Position numbers and translations under genes: made by a program
NCBI GenBank assembly: GCA_964016885.1
Contig: OZ024746.1
Span: forward strand, 2,480,001 to 2,544,000
DNA length: 64,000 bases
Direction: 5' to 3'
DNA from: Eledone cirrhosa
Lineage: Eukaryota
Shown here: piece after piece, positions 12,546 to 26,502 of the stretch
How the letters are laid out: every line of letters begins with the position of its first letter
Numbering within the stretch: the first letter of the stretch is position 1
The notes under the pieces: generated by a model
Databases searched by the model: none
What the model was told of the DNA's origin: nothing
The model's input: the letters and a program-made list of their open reading frames with translations, nothing else

Positions 12546-15500
12546 CCATCTAGTTTAGACACTGAGTTTGGAACTTATCAATTTATGCTTTCTTTGTGAT
12601 TGTCAACAAATAACACTTACAGATTCCTTGAAACCCTGGACAACATTTGAAGCAGGTTTCTTTCTTTTGGTAGTACACAATGCTGGAAATATAAGAAGAA
12701 TAGTTTTAGTCCTAGTTTTATCATTTTTAATGATATATCCTTTCTTTTATCTAATTTGTTCTTGCTATTATACAATAATTTAATTCAAACTTATTTCAGT
12801 TTCATTTTTTATTCTGTAAAGTGAATTGCAACATATAAGTTAGCAGATAGAACATCTTAAATTATAAATTACAAATATCTTTAAAAATAAGCAATGTAAG
12901 AAATAAACTTGAATCAAAATAGAAGACAGGATGATTACTACGGTAAAATATGCAAATTGTGATAATATTTTCATGAATAATGTAATGTCATATAATCTGC
13001 CTAGTTGTTGAATTTAACAGTTTTAAGCTATAAGGAAATTACACATTTAATGATATATTGTTGTCAAATAATCCTAGAAAGTATGTTGCACGTGAGTGGC
13101 AGAAAGTGTGCACCATATATAGTAAATGACTGTTATAGTATCACATATTCCTATAGTCTGAATCATGCACATAGTATTAATGTATGTGTATTATATTTTA
13201 TTGTTAGTCTAGAAGCTCTCATTGGAAGGAGAACACAAACATAGTAGTGGTCACCTGCCAGTTGAGTTTTACATGTCTATTAGCTGTGTATATCATGTTT
13301 ATTTCATTGCTGCAGTACATATTACAAACTAAATATAAATTTATTATATACATTCAAATGATTTATAAATTTTCCTTCATCATAATATAAAATAGCTGAG
13401 ACATTTAAAATTCAATAAAATAGCTTATCTTTCCAATAAACAATGTTTCACAGTCTTTTGTTTGCAATATTTAGTTATTTTAGTCCTAAGAATACATTAA
13501 GGTTAGGCGCCCATTATGCCCTAGGCTAATGTCCCAGTATAGCTAGAATTAAATCATTAGTTCCTTTAGATTTCATATCATTCACATTTTTATACTTGGA
13601 TTTTTATATTTAAAAAATCAATGTTCAAATGTCATTTCTCAGGATAGATAATACATTGTACAAGCCGGATGTTCGAAAATGTGATGAGTCCAGTAAAAAA
13701 AGTCATCATGAAATAGCAAAGTGTTTGTGTGTATCCAAATCAATGTGTTTGTGTAATCTGAAATTACAAGAATTTCCAGATAGCAGAGAAGGAGTAGGTA
13801 TACAAACAAAAAAGGAAGAAACTGAGAATCTACAAACAGAAAATAGACTTCATAAAAAAATGAGAATTTGCCGGTTGATAATATACAATATCAGGATAGA
13901 ACAGCAGGAATTATGACAGAAGAAGGAAAAAAATTGTGTAACTAGATATTAAAATTGAACATCATCAAATGAATGAGGATCTATATATAGAGAAAGAAGA
14001 AAATCCAGAACTATTCCAAAATATGTCCCTGTCAGAAAAATGTAGTTAACATGTCCAACAGCAATACAGCTGACATACACAGATTTAAAATGTCTGCTAT
14101 TTAAACCAAAATATGTAAATGCAAAATCTTCCAAGACTAGCAAACTCTAAAAGTTGACAGCAAAGAATATCAAATTATTTATCGCAGGGTTTGTCTGCTC
14201 TTCAACTCAGAAACAACATTTTAAACCTAAGGTTACAAACTTTCTTCATATTTCATCATCATTACAATCCCTGATAATAAGGTTTAGATGGGTTGTTAGC
14301 AGATCGGGTTGGTTCTCAAAGTGGAGGTATTGATCCCATGGTGGGCTGTGAGCCTGCATCTCACATGTGTTTCTGCTCCCTACCAAGTACTGAAATAATC
14401 TGGTAGCCTGCAACTCACGTATATGCAATTCTACATACAACTGAGTGCATTTTATTGTGATTTCAGCATAAGGGAGATTATCATGTCTTCCTTTAACACA
14501 GCAAAAGAGTCCTCATGACCCTTTGTTTGGCAGGATTTTTATGGCTGAATACACTTGCTATCACATTTCCTATTCATTAAAGAATTTCTGAAAAATGAGG
14601 CAGCAAAAACCACAAAGTACAGCAGTTATGGTATTTTTAAATGCTGAACAGTTCAAGGATGTAGAATGTTTACTGGCAAATGAAATGGTCAGTTTGATGT
14701 AAAAACAAATTATGGAAAACACTGAAGTTTTGTAAATCCTGTTGTGATCAAATATAGAGGTAATCAAACGCTAACATACAGAAGACATTATAACAAACCA
14801 ATTCTTAACCTTTGAAATCCAGAACATTGATCATGGTAACAGTATTGATTCTGTCCCAATTTGATGTTTCCTTGGCTAGTCATGTAAGCAAAATTAATGA
14901 GCTTTGTAAAGACTGAGAAAAGGAAAGAAAAGAAAAGAAAAATCAAAAGAACATGTAAATTTGATAGTGATGTTATCTAAAACAACTGAACTATATTGTG
15001 TCGGCCATTATTATTAAGTCGCAGATTATTAATGAAATTGTCAATCAGAAATAATTGTACAAAATTGATATTGTTCAAGACACAGAAATGATTGACCAGA
15101 AATCTATTATTTTGAATTATATTTTGTTTATAGAGTAAAAGAATGTTTCTCTGCTTTAAAGAAAATTATAGGCACTACTGGATATGGATTAATGAAGTCT
15201 TGATTGGAATATAGTTGATGGAAAAAAATTGGTTAACTTTGCAGAGGCATTGTTTGATAGAATTGTTATCATGAGAAACTGGGGTTAAATGAAGTATACA
15301 AGAGATTAATCTCCATAATGCATTTACATTTGTTATGTTATGTTCATATATAACAACCTTCGACACATCCTGATTTTTAGAATAAGTACACTGTATTCCT
15401 GTATGTCATTAGAAGTAACTAAAAGAGTGGATGTCAGGAAAAGCAAAGGCCAATACAGCTTGGCACCAGTGTCGTCGCAACACTCAGTAAATGGGAGCAG

Positions 15501-15582
15501 CATGAAATAAAGTGTTACCCAGTCCATGAATCAAACTCACCACCTCATGATTGCAAGCCCAACCACTAAGTCATGTGCCCTC

Positions 15583-15609
15583 ACATACATACATACATAC
15601 ATACATATA

Positions 15610-15645
<36 letters not shown>

Positions 15646-15657
15646 TACATATATACA

Positions 15658-15693
<36 letters not shown>

Positions 15694-15793
15694 TACATAT
15701 ATACATACATACATACATATATACATACATATATACATACATACATACATATATACATACATATATATATACATACATACATACATGTATACA
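15583..15793. repeat. (TACA)n/(TA)n microsatellite
   Basis: Direct inspection. Confidence 0.95.
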
Positions 15794-16694
15794 TGATTGT
15801 TGCAACTTAATTTTGAGTTATTCCATCATTTGATACTCAAGCATGAGCATCACGAACATGGCTTTTCAGTCCTGCTAGGGACTTGCTATGGCCAGCAATA
15901 CCATGCATCGCAAAAAATGTCACATATCAAATAATGCCAGTGTTTGAAGCTTTTTTAAGTGAGGAAAGGCTTTGCATGGGGCCAATCACACTCTCTGAAC
16001 ATCAAATGCATTTGCCCCAAAAGAACTGGTCTACATCATTGGATGCAAATGAAGTTACAGGGTTTATATCAGAGTGACCTTCTGCTAGAGAGATGTCTTA
16101 ATGAAGACTAGGGGTCTCTCGCATCACAAAAAAAAAGCAGCTTTATTTGGATGGCTGTTGACTCTCCTGAGTTACTCAGTCCTTTGACAAATTTTGTCCA
16201 AAATTACCCTCCCCACCAAGCAAGGTTGGTGGGGTTGCCGGTTTAGTCACCGATGACCTGACCATGCAGTGTTTGTACTGGGATACATGTTACCAGTAAT
16301 GCTGAAGAGTAACATATATACATACATATGTATATATGTATGTATATATGTAAATACATATAATGTATGCATATGTGTACATATATATACATGCACACAT
16401 ATACATATGTATACATACATACATACAATTGGCTGCAGAAGTCGTCTTTGGGGGTGGCTAACTAGTGTAAGCGCCCATGATAAATATTCCCGTGTCTTCT
16501 ATTTTCCTGTCAATCAATAATATGGTGAGAGCTGTAAAACACATGGGAGCTTCTGCCAATTATTATTGTTTAGTCTCAGATATCAACTTTGATTGAGTAG
16601 ATTTATGATCAAAAGCTATCCAGCCATGACATTCCTATCTGTTTTTCAGATATAATATATCTAAAACTACATTAATCAATGTATCCGTCCCTTT

Positions 16695-17027
16695 TTAACC
16701 ATTTAGTTACCAGTCCCAGCCAAAACCAACTTTGGTTCTATTAAACAAATTCACTCATTTTAAAGGTCTCCAATTTAAATTAAAATCTTCCAACATAATT
16801 TTATATAAAAACCTTACATTAAGTTATCTTAGTAATCAAATAATTAATAATTTTAGTAAATCCCTCAAAATTCTTCATTAATCAATTAAAATAGAGTGAA
16901 TTTCATTAGAAATGTGGTCATGAAAGGGTTATGTTATGTTCCAAACACTAGCTGAATAATGAGAAAGTTACTTTACTAAATCCTTTCAAATGTTTGATTA
17001 TTAAAAATGTGGTCTTGAAAGGGTTAA
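16695..17027. mobile_element. piggyBac-like MITE, family 2 (inverted relative at 33807-34006)
   Basis: Ends read TTAA-CCATTT...AAAGGG-TTAA, and the interior is the reverse complement of parts of 33807-34006. Confidence 0.6.
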
Positions 17028-17467
17028 GATGATAGAAAATGAATTGAGAGGGACTTGGCTGTTATTTCAAGCAAATAAAATGACTATATAATGGTTCTTT
17101 TATTGCCCTGTGACCTATTTTCAATACTTCATTGTTGTTATTCATTTGTGCTTACATTGCTAATGTTCTTGTGAGTTTTCAACAACAGCACAAATAGTCT
17201 AGTTCTTCCATTGATTTATGTGTAAGAAATCAATAAATATAATTCCAAGTTTTCATATTTTCAAAAACGAAACTGATTATTAATTAGGGTTCATAATTAT
17301 ATTTATTTGCTGTGATCATAATGAGCTTGATTAATTTATACCGAAAATATTTTCCATTTGTGTTTCAAGAAAACGAAGAAAATCTTATAACATAGCAAGT
17401 TACATAGTTTCCTATGCTTAACAAATTAGAATTAGAATTTTAGTGGTTCTTTCTCTTCATCATTATA

Positions 17468-17586
17468 ATCAAATCCTGCCGCGGTTAACTTTGCTTTTCA
17501 TCCATACAGGGGTCAATAAAATAAAGTACCAGTAATGTACTGCGTAATTGCTGGCCTTGTGCCAAAAGTAGAAACAATTATAATAA
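17468..17586 (+). mobile_element. SINE family A, 5'-truncated
   Basis: Central block TTTCATCCATACAGGGGTCAATAAAATAAAGTACCAGT and the tail match family A. Confidence 0.75.
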
Positions 17587-17931
17587 TTATCATCATCATC
17601 ATCATCATCATCAAATCTACTTTTCTCTTCAGGTATTGTGTTCTTTCTTGTATAAATTCCTAATATTTTTCTCAATTTCAAATCTGGGATAAGTTGGATA
17701 AATTAGTAAATCTGAACATCTACTTATTTTTATGGAACAGTTTTTAGTTCTTTAAAACTGTATATTTCTTAATGTAGAAATCATTTCATTAAAAAAGTTA
17801 AGATTTGAAAACTTCCCCCATCATTCTTATTAAATTACTTCTACTACTTTAAGATTCTTCTCTAAATTGCTTGAAATTTCCTCAAAAGGTATCGTGACCA
17901 GCATTGAGCAGAAGTGATAAAATATGTTAAT

Positions 17932-18150
17932 TTAACCTTTTAGCATTTAAACCGGCCAGAATTCTCTCACCTCTTTCTGTTCAAACTAGCCATAACTGGC
18001 TGCTTATACTTATGTTAAGGTATTGTTCTCAAAATAAATATTATCAAAATCTTGTAGTTTTGATATTGTATGATATACTTATGTGAGATAAAGCCTTTAC
18101 TGTCAAAATACAATAGTAAACATAGAGTAATGTAAATGCTAAAGGGTTAA
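17932..18150. mobile_element. piggyBac-like MITE, family 1
   Basis: TTAA target site on both sides with inverted ends CCTTTTAGCATTTA / TAAATGCTAAAGGG. Four copies are present in the window. Confidence 0.8.
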
Positions 18151-18799
18151 ACAGAGTTGGTAATTCATAAAGAACATACTTCCTAACATCTCATAGTGAC
18201 GAGTAGCTTCATTTCAAGAAGAAATCCTGAGGGTACAAACACACACACATATATATATACATACACTCATACACTCATGCACACACCCTTATATACAAAG
18301 AAACACGCATTCACAAAAAACACGTACATACACATACATATATGTGCAGAAATGCACACACACACACATAAAGAAACACGCATTCACAAAGACAAACACA
18401 TACATATATATGCAGATATGCATACACAATCACACACACATATATATATATATACAAATACACATACACATACACAATCACACACATATATATATATACA
18501 TATACACAAAGAAACATGCATTCACAAAGAAATATACATACATATATATATGTAGATATGCATACACACTCACAGCCACACATACATATATACATGTGCA
18601 CAAAGATACACACATGAGATTCGCTAACACTACACCTAATATTCCCCCTCCATACACATGCACATGTATATCATGACTCATACACTGTTCACTTCCCTGA
18701 CATTTGTATATTATTCTATGTACTATACATGTACCTTTGATGAGTTGTAGTGCACCTGAGCACTGTACACAATAATTTCATTATTATTATTACTATTAT

Positions 18800-19181
18800 A
18801 AGGCGGTAGATTGGCAGTATCGGTAGAGGGTCGGAAACCATGCTTTACAGCACAGAGTTACATCCCTTTACGGATTGAGTTCAAATCTCGCCGAGCTTAA
18901 CTTTGCCTTTCATCCTTACGGGGTTGATAAAATAAAGTACCAGTAATACACTGGGTAATTTCTGGTCTTGTGCTAAAAGTAGAAACAATTATTATTCGCC
19001 ATGCTTTGCAGTATAGAGTTACGGCTCTTTATGATCTGAGCTCAAATCCCGCCGAGGTCAACTTTGCCTTTCATCCTTATGGGGTCGATAAAATAAAGTA
19101 CCAGTCATGCACTGAGGTTGATTTAATCGACTTTCCCCTCCCCCCAAATTACTGGCCTTGTGCCTATATAAGAAACTATTA
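18800..19181 (+). mobile_element. Two SINE family A copies in tandem (second is 5'-truncated)
   Basis: A-box-like TGGCAGTATCGG, B-box GAGTTCAAATC, central block twice and (ATT)n tails. Confidence 0.85.
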
Positions 19182-20049
19182 TTATACACACAATAGTTTC
19201 AATGGAGCAAATTTCACTTGTTATATATTGGTTGAAGGCAATGACTGAATGTGTTGACAGGTGGTCAAATCTGAAACTTCATGATTGTGAAGCAAACAAT
19301 TTTAACCACACAGCTGTGCCTACTAGCTGCAGTTATTCTCATTATTATGACTAGTCTATTACTGATATATTTAATCAGCTACTACTATCAGACTCATATC
19401 CTCTCGATTTCTCTATTATTCCTGTCTCTAGCAGAAGAAGCCATGTTAAAATTACCAAAGCCTGATGAAAAAACATAAGTGCCAACAATAGTTATGAAAT
19501 TCTTTATCAAAGCAGCAATAATTTAGAAAACCTTTTACTTGGCAGCTTCTTCTGTTATGAAAAGAAAAGAAAAAGTTTTGTGAATTTTAGAGGAATATTT
19601 CAAATTTCCAAGATTGAAAAATATGTAGTGTGGAAAACCAATAAAAAACAACAACAACAATAAAAAAACAAAAAAACAAAACAAACAAACAGCAAAAAAA
19701 ATAAACGAAACAAACAAACAATTATTTCTCTTGAGACAAAGGAGAGACATAGTTAATTAAACTGCATATTTTCCTCACTGGTTCTTACATTGAAAAGAAA
19801 TGAAAGGCAAATTCAACTCCACGAGATTTGAAATCAAAACCTCCCTCTTCTCCCTGCACTCAACAACAATTCACCATCTTAAATGTCTAACATAGTTACC
19901 CCAGTATATGACAGACTTTATTTTATTGGCTCCAAAAAAAATGAAAGGCAAAGTTCACATTGACAGAAGCTGAGAAGATAAAAGTATGCAAATCTCTTGC
20001 TCAACACTCTACTGATTACGTCAGTCACCACCTTAACAACAACAACAAC

Positions 20050-20243
20050 AATGGTTTCTGATTTAGGTACAAGGCCAGCAATTTTGAGGAGAGGGGGAAG
20101 TTGATTAAATCGACCCCAGTGCATTACTGGTGCTTTATTTTATCGATCCTGTAAAGATGCAAGGCAAAGTTAACCTCAGCAGGATTTGAACTCAGATCAC
20201 AAAGGGGCAAGCATGTCTACTGATACTACCAATCCACTGCCCT
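20050..20243 (-). mobile_element. SINE family A
   Basis: Same consensus as the other copies. Confidence 0.8.
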
Positions 20244-20259
20244 AAAAATGGTTAATGAG

Positions 20260-23200
20260 ACAAAAAACCAACATGAAAATGGAATTACAAAGAGACTAAA
20301 TGAGAAATGGAGAGAATATCCTCTCCACAGACAATACCGAGGAAGGCCCACAGACAATACCGAGGAAGGCCCACAGACAATACCGAGGAAGGCCCCCACA
20401 GACAATACCGAGGAAGGCCCAACAGACAATACCGAGGAAGGCCCCCACAGACAATACCAAGGAAGGCCCCCACAGACAATACCGAGGAAGGCCCCCACAG
20501 ACAATACCGAGGAAGGCCCCCACAGACAATACCGAGGAAGGCCCACAGACAATACCGAGGAAGGCCCCACAGACAATACCGAGGAAGGCCCCCACAGACA
20601 ATACCGAGGAAGGCCCCCACAGACAATACCAAGGAAGGCCCACAGACAATACCGAGGAAGGCCCCCACAGACAATACCGAGGAAGGCCCCCACAGACAAT
20701 ACCGAGGAAGGCCCCCACAGACAATACCGAGGAAGGCCCCCACAGACAATACCAAGGAAGGCCCACAGACAATACCGAGGAAGGCCCCCACAGACAATAC
20801 CGAGGAAGGCCCCCACAGACAATACCAAGGAAGGCCCCCACAGACAATACCGAGGAAGGCCCACAGACAATACCGAGGAAGGCCCCCACAGACAATACCG
20901 AGGAAGGCCCCCACAGACAATACCGAGGAAGGCCCCCACAGACAATACCGAGGAAGGCCCCCACAGACAATACCGAGGAAGGCCCCCACAGACAATACCG
21001 AGGAAGGCCCCACAGACAATACCGAGGAAGGCCCCCACAGACAATACCGAGGAAGGCCCCCACAGACAATACCGAGGAAGGCCCACAGACAATACCGAGG
21101 AAGGCCCCCACAGACAATACCGAGGAAGGCCCCCACAGACAATACCGAGGAAGGCCCCCACAGACAATACCGAGGAAGGCCCCCACAGACAATACCGAGG
21201 AAGGCCCCCACAGACAATACCGAGGAAGGCCCCCACAGACAATACCGAGGAAGGCCCACAGACAATACCGAGGAAGGCCCCCACAGACAATACCGAGGAA
21301 GGCCCCCACAGACAATACCGAGGAAGGCCCACAGACAATACCGAGGAAGGCCCCCACAGACAATACCGAGGAAGGCCCCCACAGACAATACCGAGGAAGG
21401 CCCCCACAGACAATACCGAGGAAGGCCCCCACAGACAATACCGAGGAAGGCCCCCACAGACAATACCGAGGAAGGCCCCACAGACAATACCGAGGAAGGC
21501 CCCCACAGACAATACCGAGGAAGGCCCCCACAGACAATACCGAGGAAGGCCCCCACAGACAATACCGAGGAAGGCCCACAGACAATACCGAGGAAGGCCC
21601 CCACAGACAATACCGAGGAAGGCCCCCACAGACAATACCGAGGAAGGCCCCCACAGACAATACCGAGGAAGGCCCCCACAGACAATACCGAGGAAGGCCC
21701 CCACAGACAATACCGAGGAAGGCCCCCACAGACAATACCGAGGAAGGCCCACAGACAATACCGAGGAAGGCCCCCACAGACAATACCGAGGAAGGCCCCC
21801 ACAGACAATACCGAGGAAGGCCCACAGACAATACCGAGGAAGGCCCCCACAGACAATACCGAGGAAGGCCCCCACAGACAATACCGAGGAAGGCCCCCAC
21901 AGACAATACCGAGGAAGGCCCACAGACAATACCGAGGAAGGCCCGACAGACAATACCGAGGAAGGCCCCCACAGACAATACCGAGGAAGGCCCGACAGAC
22001 AATACCGAGGAAGGCCCCCACAGACAATACCGAGGAAGGCCCCCACAGACAATACCGAGGAAGGCCCCCACAGACAATACCGAGGAAGGCCCACAGACAA
22101 TACCGAGGAAGGCCCGACAGACAATACCGAGGAAGGCCCCCACAGACAATACCGAGGAAGGCCCCCACAGACAATACCGAGGAAGGCCCACAGACAATAC
22201 CGAGGAAGGCCCGACAGACAATACCGAGGAAGGCCCCCACAGACAATACCGAGGAAGGCCCGACAGACAATACCGAGGAAGGCCCACAGACAATACCGAG
22301 GAAGGCCCCCACAGACAATACCGAGGAAGGCCCCCACAGACAATACCGAGGAAGGCCCACAGACAATACCGAGGAAGGCCCACAGACAATACCGAGGAAG
22401 GCCCCCACAGACAATACCGAGGAAGGCCCCCACAGACAATACCGAGGAAGGCCCACAGACAATACCGAGGAAGGCCCCCACAGACAATACCGAGGAAGGC
22501 CCCCACAGACAATACCGAGGAAGGCCCCCACAGACAATACCGAGGAAGGCCCCCACAGACAATACCGAGGAAGGCCCAACAGACAATACTGAGGAAGGCC
22601 CACAGACAATACCGAGGAAGGCCCCCACAGACAATACCGAGGAAGGCCCCCACAGACAATACCGAGGAAGGCCCCACAGACAATACCGAGGAAGGCCCAC
22701 AGACAATACCGAGGAAGGCCCCCACAGACAATACCGAGGAAGGCCCCACAGACAATACCGAGGAAGGCCCACAGACAATACCGAGGAAGGCCCGACAGAC
22801 AATACCGAGGAAGGCCCCCACAGACAATACCGAGGAAGGCCCCCACAGACAATACCGAGGAAGGCCCCACAGACAATACCGAGGAAGGCCCACAGACAAT
22901 ACCGAGGAAGGCCCGACAGACAATACCGAGGAAGGCCCAACAGACAATACCGAGGAAGGCCCCCACAGACAATACCGAGGAAGGCCCCCACAGACAATAC
23001 CGAGGAAGGCCCAACAGACAATACCGAGGAAGGCCCAACAGACAATACCGAGGAAGGCCCCACAGACAATACCGAGGAAGGCCCCCACAGACAATACCGA
23101 GGAAGGCCCCCACAGACAATACCGAGGAAGGCCCAACAGTCAATACCGAGGAAGGCCCCCACAGAGGAGTCAACAATGGATCTTGTAGAAGAAGATGAAT

Positions 23201-23780
23201 GTTTGGACAGAAACAACTATAACAATAGAATAATCCAAATGGACCCTAACAGTGAATGGAGACTGTAAAGAGCACAACAACACCATTCACCACGTCACCT
23301 TTGGCTGCTTAGTCCTTGCCAAGTTGGAATATATAGATAACCAGAGATGGTTGAGTTGGCAACTATCTCCAATAGGTAATATGCCAACACTTTGATGTGA
23401 GAATTAACAAGTAGTATAAACATGTACCAAACATGCTACATAACAACCTAGCCACAATCGTCTCAGATATTCTTATACAAATAGACAAAGAAATCAAGGC
23501 AAACCAAACATATATGTACAGCAATAGACATCAAAACCCCTGCTGACCAAAATACTGCCCAGAAAGGAGTAAAAAGAACTGTCAAAATACAATGATCTTG
23601 AAATTGAAATGAACAAGATGTAGAGCATAAAGGTAAAGATAGTGCCAATAATATTTGGAGAACTGGGTTTCATAAAAAACAATATGAACAAAAACATAGA
23701 AGATGTGCTGGGATTTACATTACACACAACGCCAAAATAGCTCTGCTAGGAACATCTTACATATAACATTATTGATTCAA
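20260..23780 (+). mobile_element. Decayed R4/Dong-like RLE retrotransposon split by an internal minisatellite
   Basis: Left flank reads RLNEKWREYPLH(R)QY. Right flank reads CKEHNNTIHHVTFGCLVLAKLEYI, EIKANQ, IDIKTPADQN, LSKYNDLEIEM, KIVPIIFGELG and KIALLGTS, colinear with 3270-4215. Confidence 0.75.
20326..23165. repeat. GC-rich minisatellite, 23-25-bp unit CACAGACAATACCGAGGAAGGCC(CC), roughly 115 copies
   Basis: Direct inspection. The variable C-run shifts frame continually, which produces six spurious 760-1000-aa ORFs. Confidence 0.98.
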
Positions 23781-24112
23781 TAGCACATCTTAAATAGAAC
23801 AGTATTCACACACAACAAACAACTTATACATAAGTACCTAACAACACAAATCACACAACATATACTCTTCAAATAGGCAATAACTCACATTACACACAAC
23901 AGATACACAACAGATTAAACACAACACAAGGGAATCATCATTATCATCATCACTATTTAACGTCCACTTTTCCATGCTGGCGTTAGACGAATACAAGAGA
24001 AAACTCAATGACAGGACAAAATTGATGCAGCGCATTAACAGATGGAATCTATACTCCCCTACAGAATCAAGAACACAATGCTGCACACACCTCAGAAACA
24101 CAAAAGTACATC

Positions 24113-25708
24113 AGGTGATGCAGTAAAAACTAAACATATATGGAAGGTGATGCAGTAAAAACTAAATATTCTATGGAAGGTGATGCAGTAAAACTAAACA
24201 TACTATGGAAGGTGATGCAGTAAAAACTAAACATTCTATGGAAGGTGATGCAGTAAAAACTAAACATTCTATGGAAGGTGATGCAGTAAAAACTAAACAT
24301 TCTATGGAAGGTGATGCAGTAAAACTAAACATTCTATGGAAGTTGATGCAGTAAAAACTAAACATTCTATGGAAGGTGATGCAGTAAAACTAAATATTCT
24401 ATGGAAGTTGATGCAGTAAAAACTAAACATTCTATGGAAGGTGATGCAGTAAAACTAAACATACTATGGAAGGTGATGCAGTAAAAACTAAACATTCTAT
24501 GGAAGGTGATGCAGTAAAAACTAAACATACTATGGAAGTTGATGCAGTAAAAACTAAACATACAATGGAAGGTGATGCAGTAAAATTAAACATACAATGG
24601 AAGGTGATGCAGTAAAAACTAAATATTCTATGGAAGGTGATGCAGTAAAAACTAAACATTCTATGGAAGGTGATGCAGTAAAACTAAACATTCTATGGAA
24701 GTTGATGCAGTAAAAACTAAACATACTATGGAAGGTGATGCAGTAAAACTAAATATTCTACGGAAGTTGATGCAGTAAAAACTAAACATTCTATGGAAGG
24801 TGATGCAGTAAAACTAAACATACTATGGAAGGTGATGCAGTAAAAACTAAACATTCTATGGAAGGTGATGCAGTAAAAACTAAACATTCTATGGAAGGTG
24901 ATGCAGTAAAACTAAACATACTATGGAAGGTGATGCAGTAAAACTAAACATACTATGGAAGGTGATGCAGTAAAACTAAACATTCTATGGAAGGTGATGC
25001 AGTAAAACTAAACATACAATGGAAGGTGATGCAGTAAAAACTAAACATACTATGGAAGGTGATGCAGTAAAACTAAATATTCTATGGAAGTTGATGCAGT
25101 AAAAACTAAACATTCTATGGAAGGTGATGCAGTAAAAACTAAACATTCTATGGAAGGTGATGCAGTAAAACTAAACATTCTATGGAAGTTGATGCAGTAA
25201 AAACTAAACATTCTATGGAAGGTGATGCAGTAAAACTAAATATTCTATGGAAGTTGATGCAGTAAAAACTAAACATTCTATGGAAGGTGATGCAGTAAAA
25301 CTAAACATACAATGGAAGGTGATGCAGTAAAAACTAAATATTCTATGGAAGGTGATGCAGTAAAAACTAAACATTCTATGGAAGGTGATGCAGTAAAACT
25401 AAACATTCTATGGAAGTTGATGCAGTAAAAACTAAACATACTATGGAAGGTGATGCAGTAAAACTAAATATTCTATGGAAGTTGATGCAGTAAAAACTAA
25501 ACATTCTATGGAAGGTGATGCAGTAAAACTAAACATACTATGGAAGGTGATGCAGTAAAAACTAAACATTCTATGGAAGGTGGTGCAGTAAAAACTAAAC
25601 ATTCTATGGAAGGTGATGCAGTAAAACTAAACATTCTATGGAAGGTGATGCAGTAAAAATTAAACATTCTATGGAAGGTGATGCAGTAAAACTAAACATA
25701 CAATGGAA
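24113..25708. repeat. Minisatellite, 32-33-bp unit ATGGAAGGTGATGCAGTAAAA(A)CTAAACATTCT, roughly 49 copies
   Basis: Direct inspection. Confidence 0.97.
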
Positions 25709-25784
25709 CTGAATGATGTGAAATTTTTGGAATTTACATTTTAGATCCTTTACATAAATAATTTCCTTCTTTGTGAAGAGGTCT

Positions 25785-26010
25785 TTAACCCTTTAGCATT
25801 AACATTACTCTATATTTTCTATTGTATTTTTGTGTTAAAGGCTTTATCTTACATAATTATCTCACATAATATTGAATCTATGAGATTTTGATATCTATTT
25901 TGAGCACAATACCTTAACATCAGTATGAGCGGCCATTTACAGCCGGTTTGAACAGAAAGAGGTGAGAGAATTCTGGCCAGACACAGCCGGTTTAAATGCC
26001 TAAGGGTTAA
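25785..26010. mobile_element. piggyBac-like MITE, family 1
   Basis: TTAA-CCCTTTAGCATT ... AATGCCTAAGGG-TTAA; opposite orientation to 17932-18150. Confidence 0.8.
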
Positions 26011-26502
26011 AGAGGAGTTAGACTTTATTCTCTTGCAATCTGATTGTGAATTATTTAGAATTAGAAAAGATCCTACCAGTTAGTGAAATAGATTCAAAAT
26101 TACAGTTCATTACTGATGTTGGAAAGTCTTTTGATTTCAAATGGTTAACTGAGCAAGCAAACCTTTTACAGCAACAATACAACCAATAAGGTCCCTTTGT
26201 TTCAATCTTATCCAATTAAAACCTACCTAAATATTAAAGCAGTTTCTTTATGTATCTTTTAAATAAAATTCTTATTTTTCATTATCTGAAGATTTGAAAT
26301 GAAAAATTCTGAATAACAATTTGTAAATTTCAGTTTCTCATAGAATATAATATATAACTCTACTTTCAGTATTGAGTACACTATTCTTTTTCCTGTCACA
26401 CACATACACACAAGTATGTGTGAGTCCCAGATTCAATCAGGGGTAACCACAGTAAGTTACTCAATACATTAGTAGAGTGTAAACATCAAATTTTATATAG
26501 AA

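Noticed and set aside
14809-14911. Minus-strand candidate exon after a strong pyrimidine tract (FTKLINFAYMTSQG...)
   Set aside because: It is open only as phase 1 to 2, which does not fit the neighbouring exons, has a weak donor (gttaag) and has no recognisable motif.
18800-18890. tRNA gene suggested by A/B-box motifs
   Set aside because: It is the head of a multicopy SINE followed by the family body and tail, and no cloverleaf is evident.
20226-23268. Six ORFs of 760-1000 aa
   Set aside because: All six frames are open because the minisatellite unit has no stop codon, and the peptides swap frames with C-run length.
20326-25708. CRISPR-like arrays (23-33-bp repeats)
   Set aside because: Units are head-to-tail with no unique spacers, no cas genes are present, and the context is eukaryotic.
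26077-26206. Minus-strand open stretch containing YCCCKRF as the missing EMI-like exon
   Set aside because: No acceptor gives the required phase 2 start without a stop, and the available AG sites lack a pyrimidine tract.
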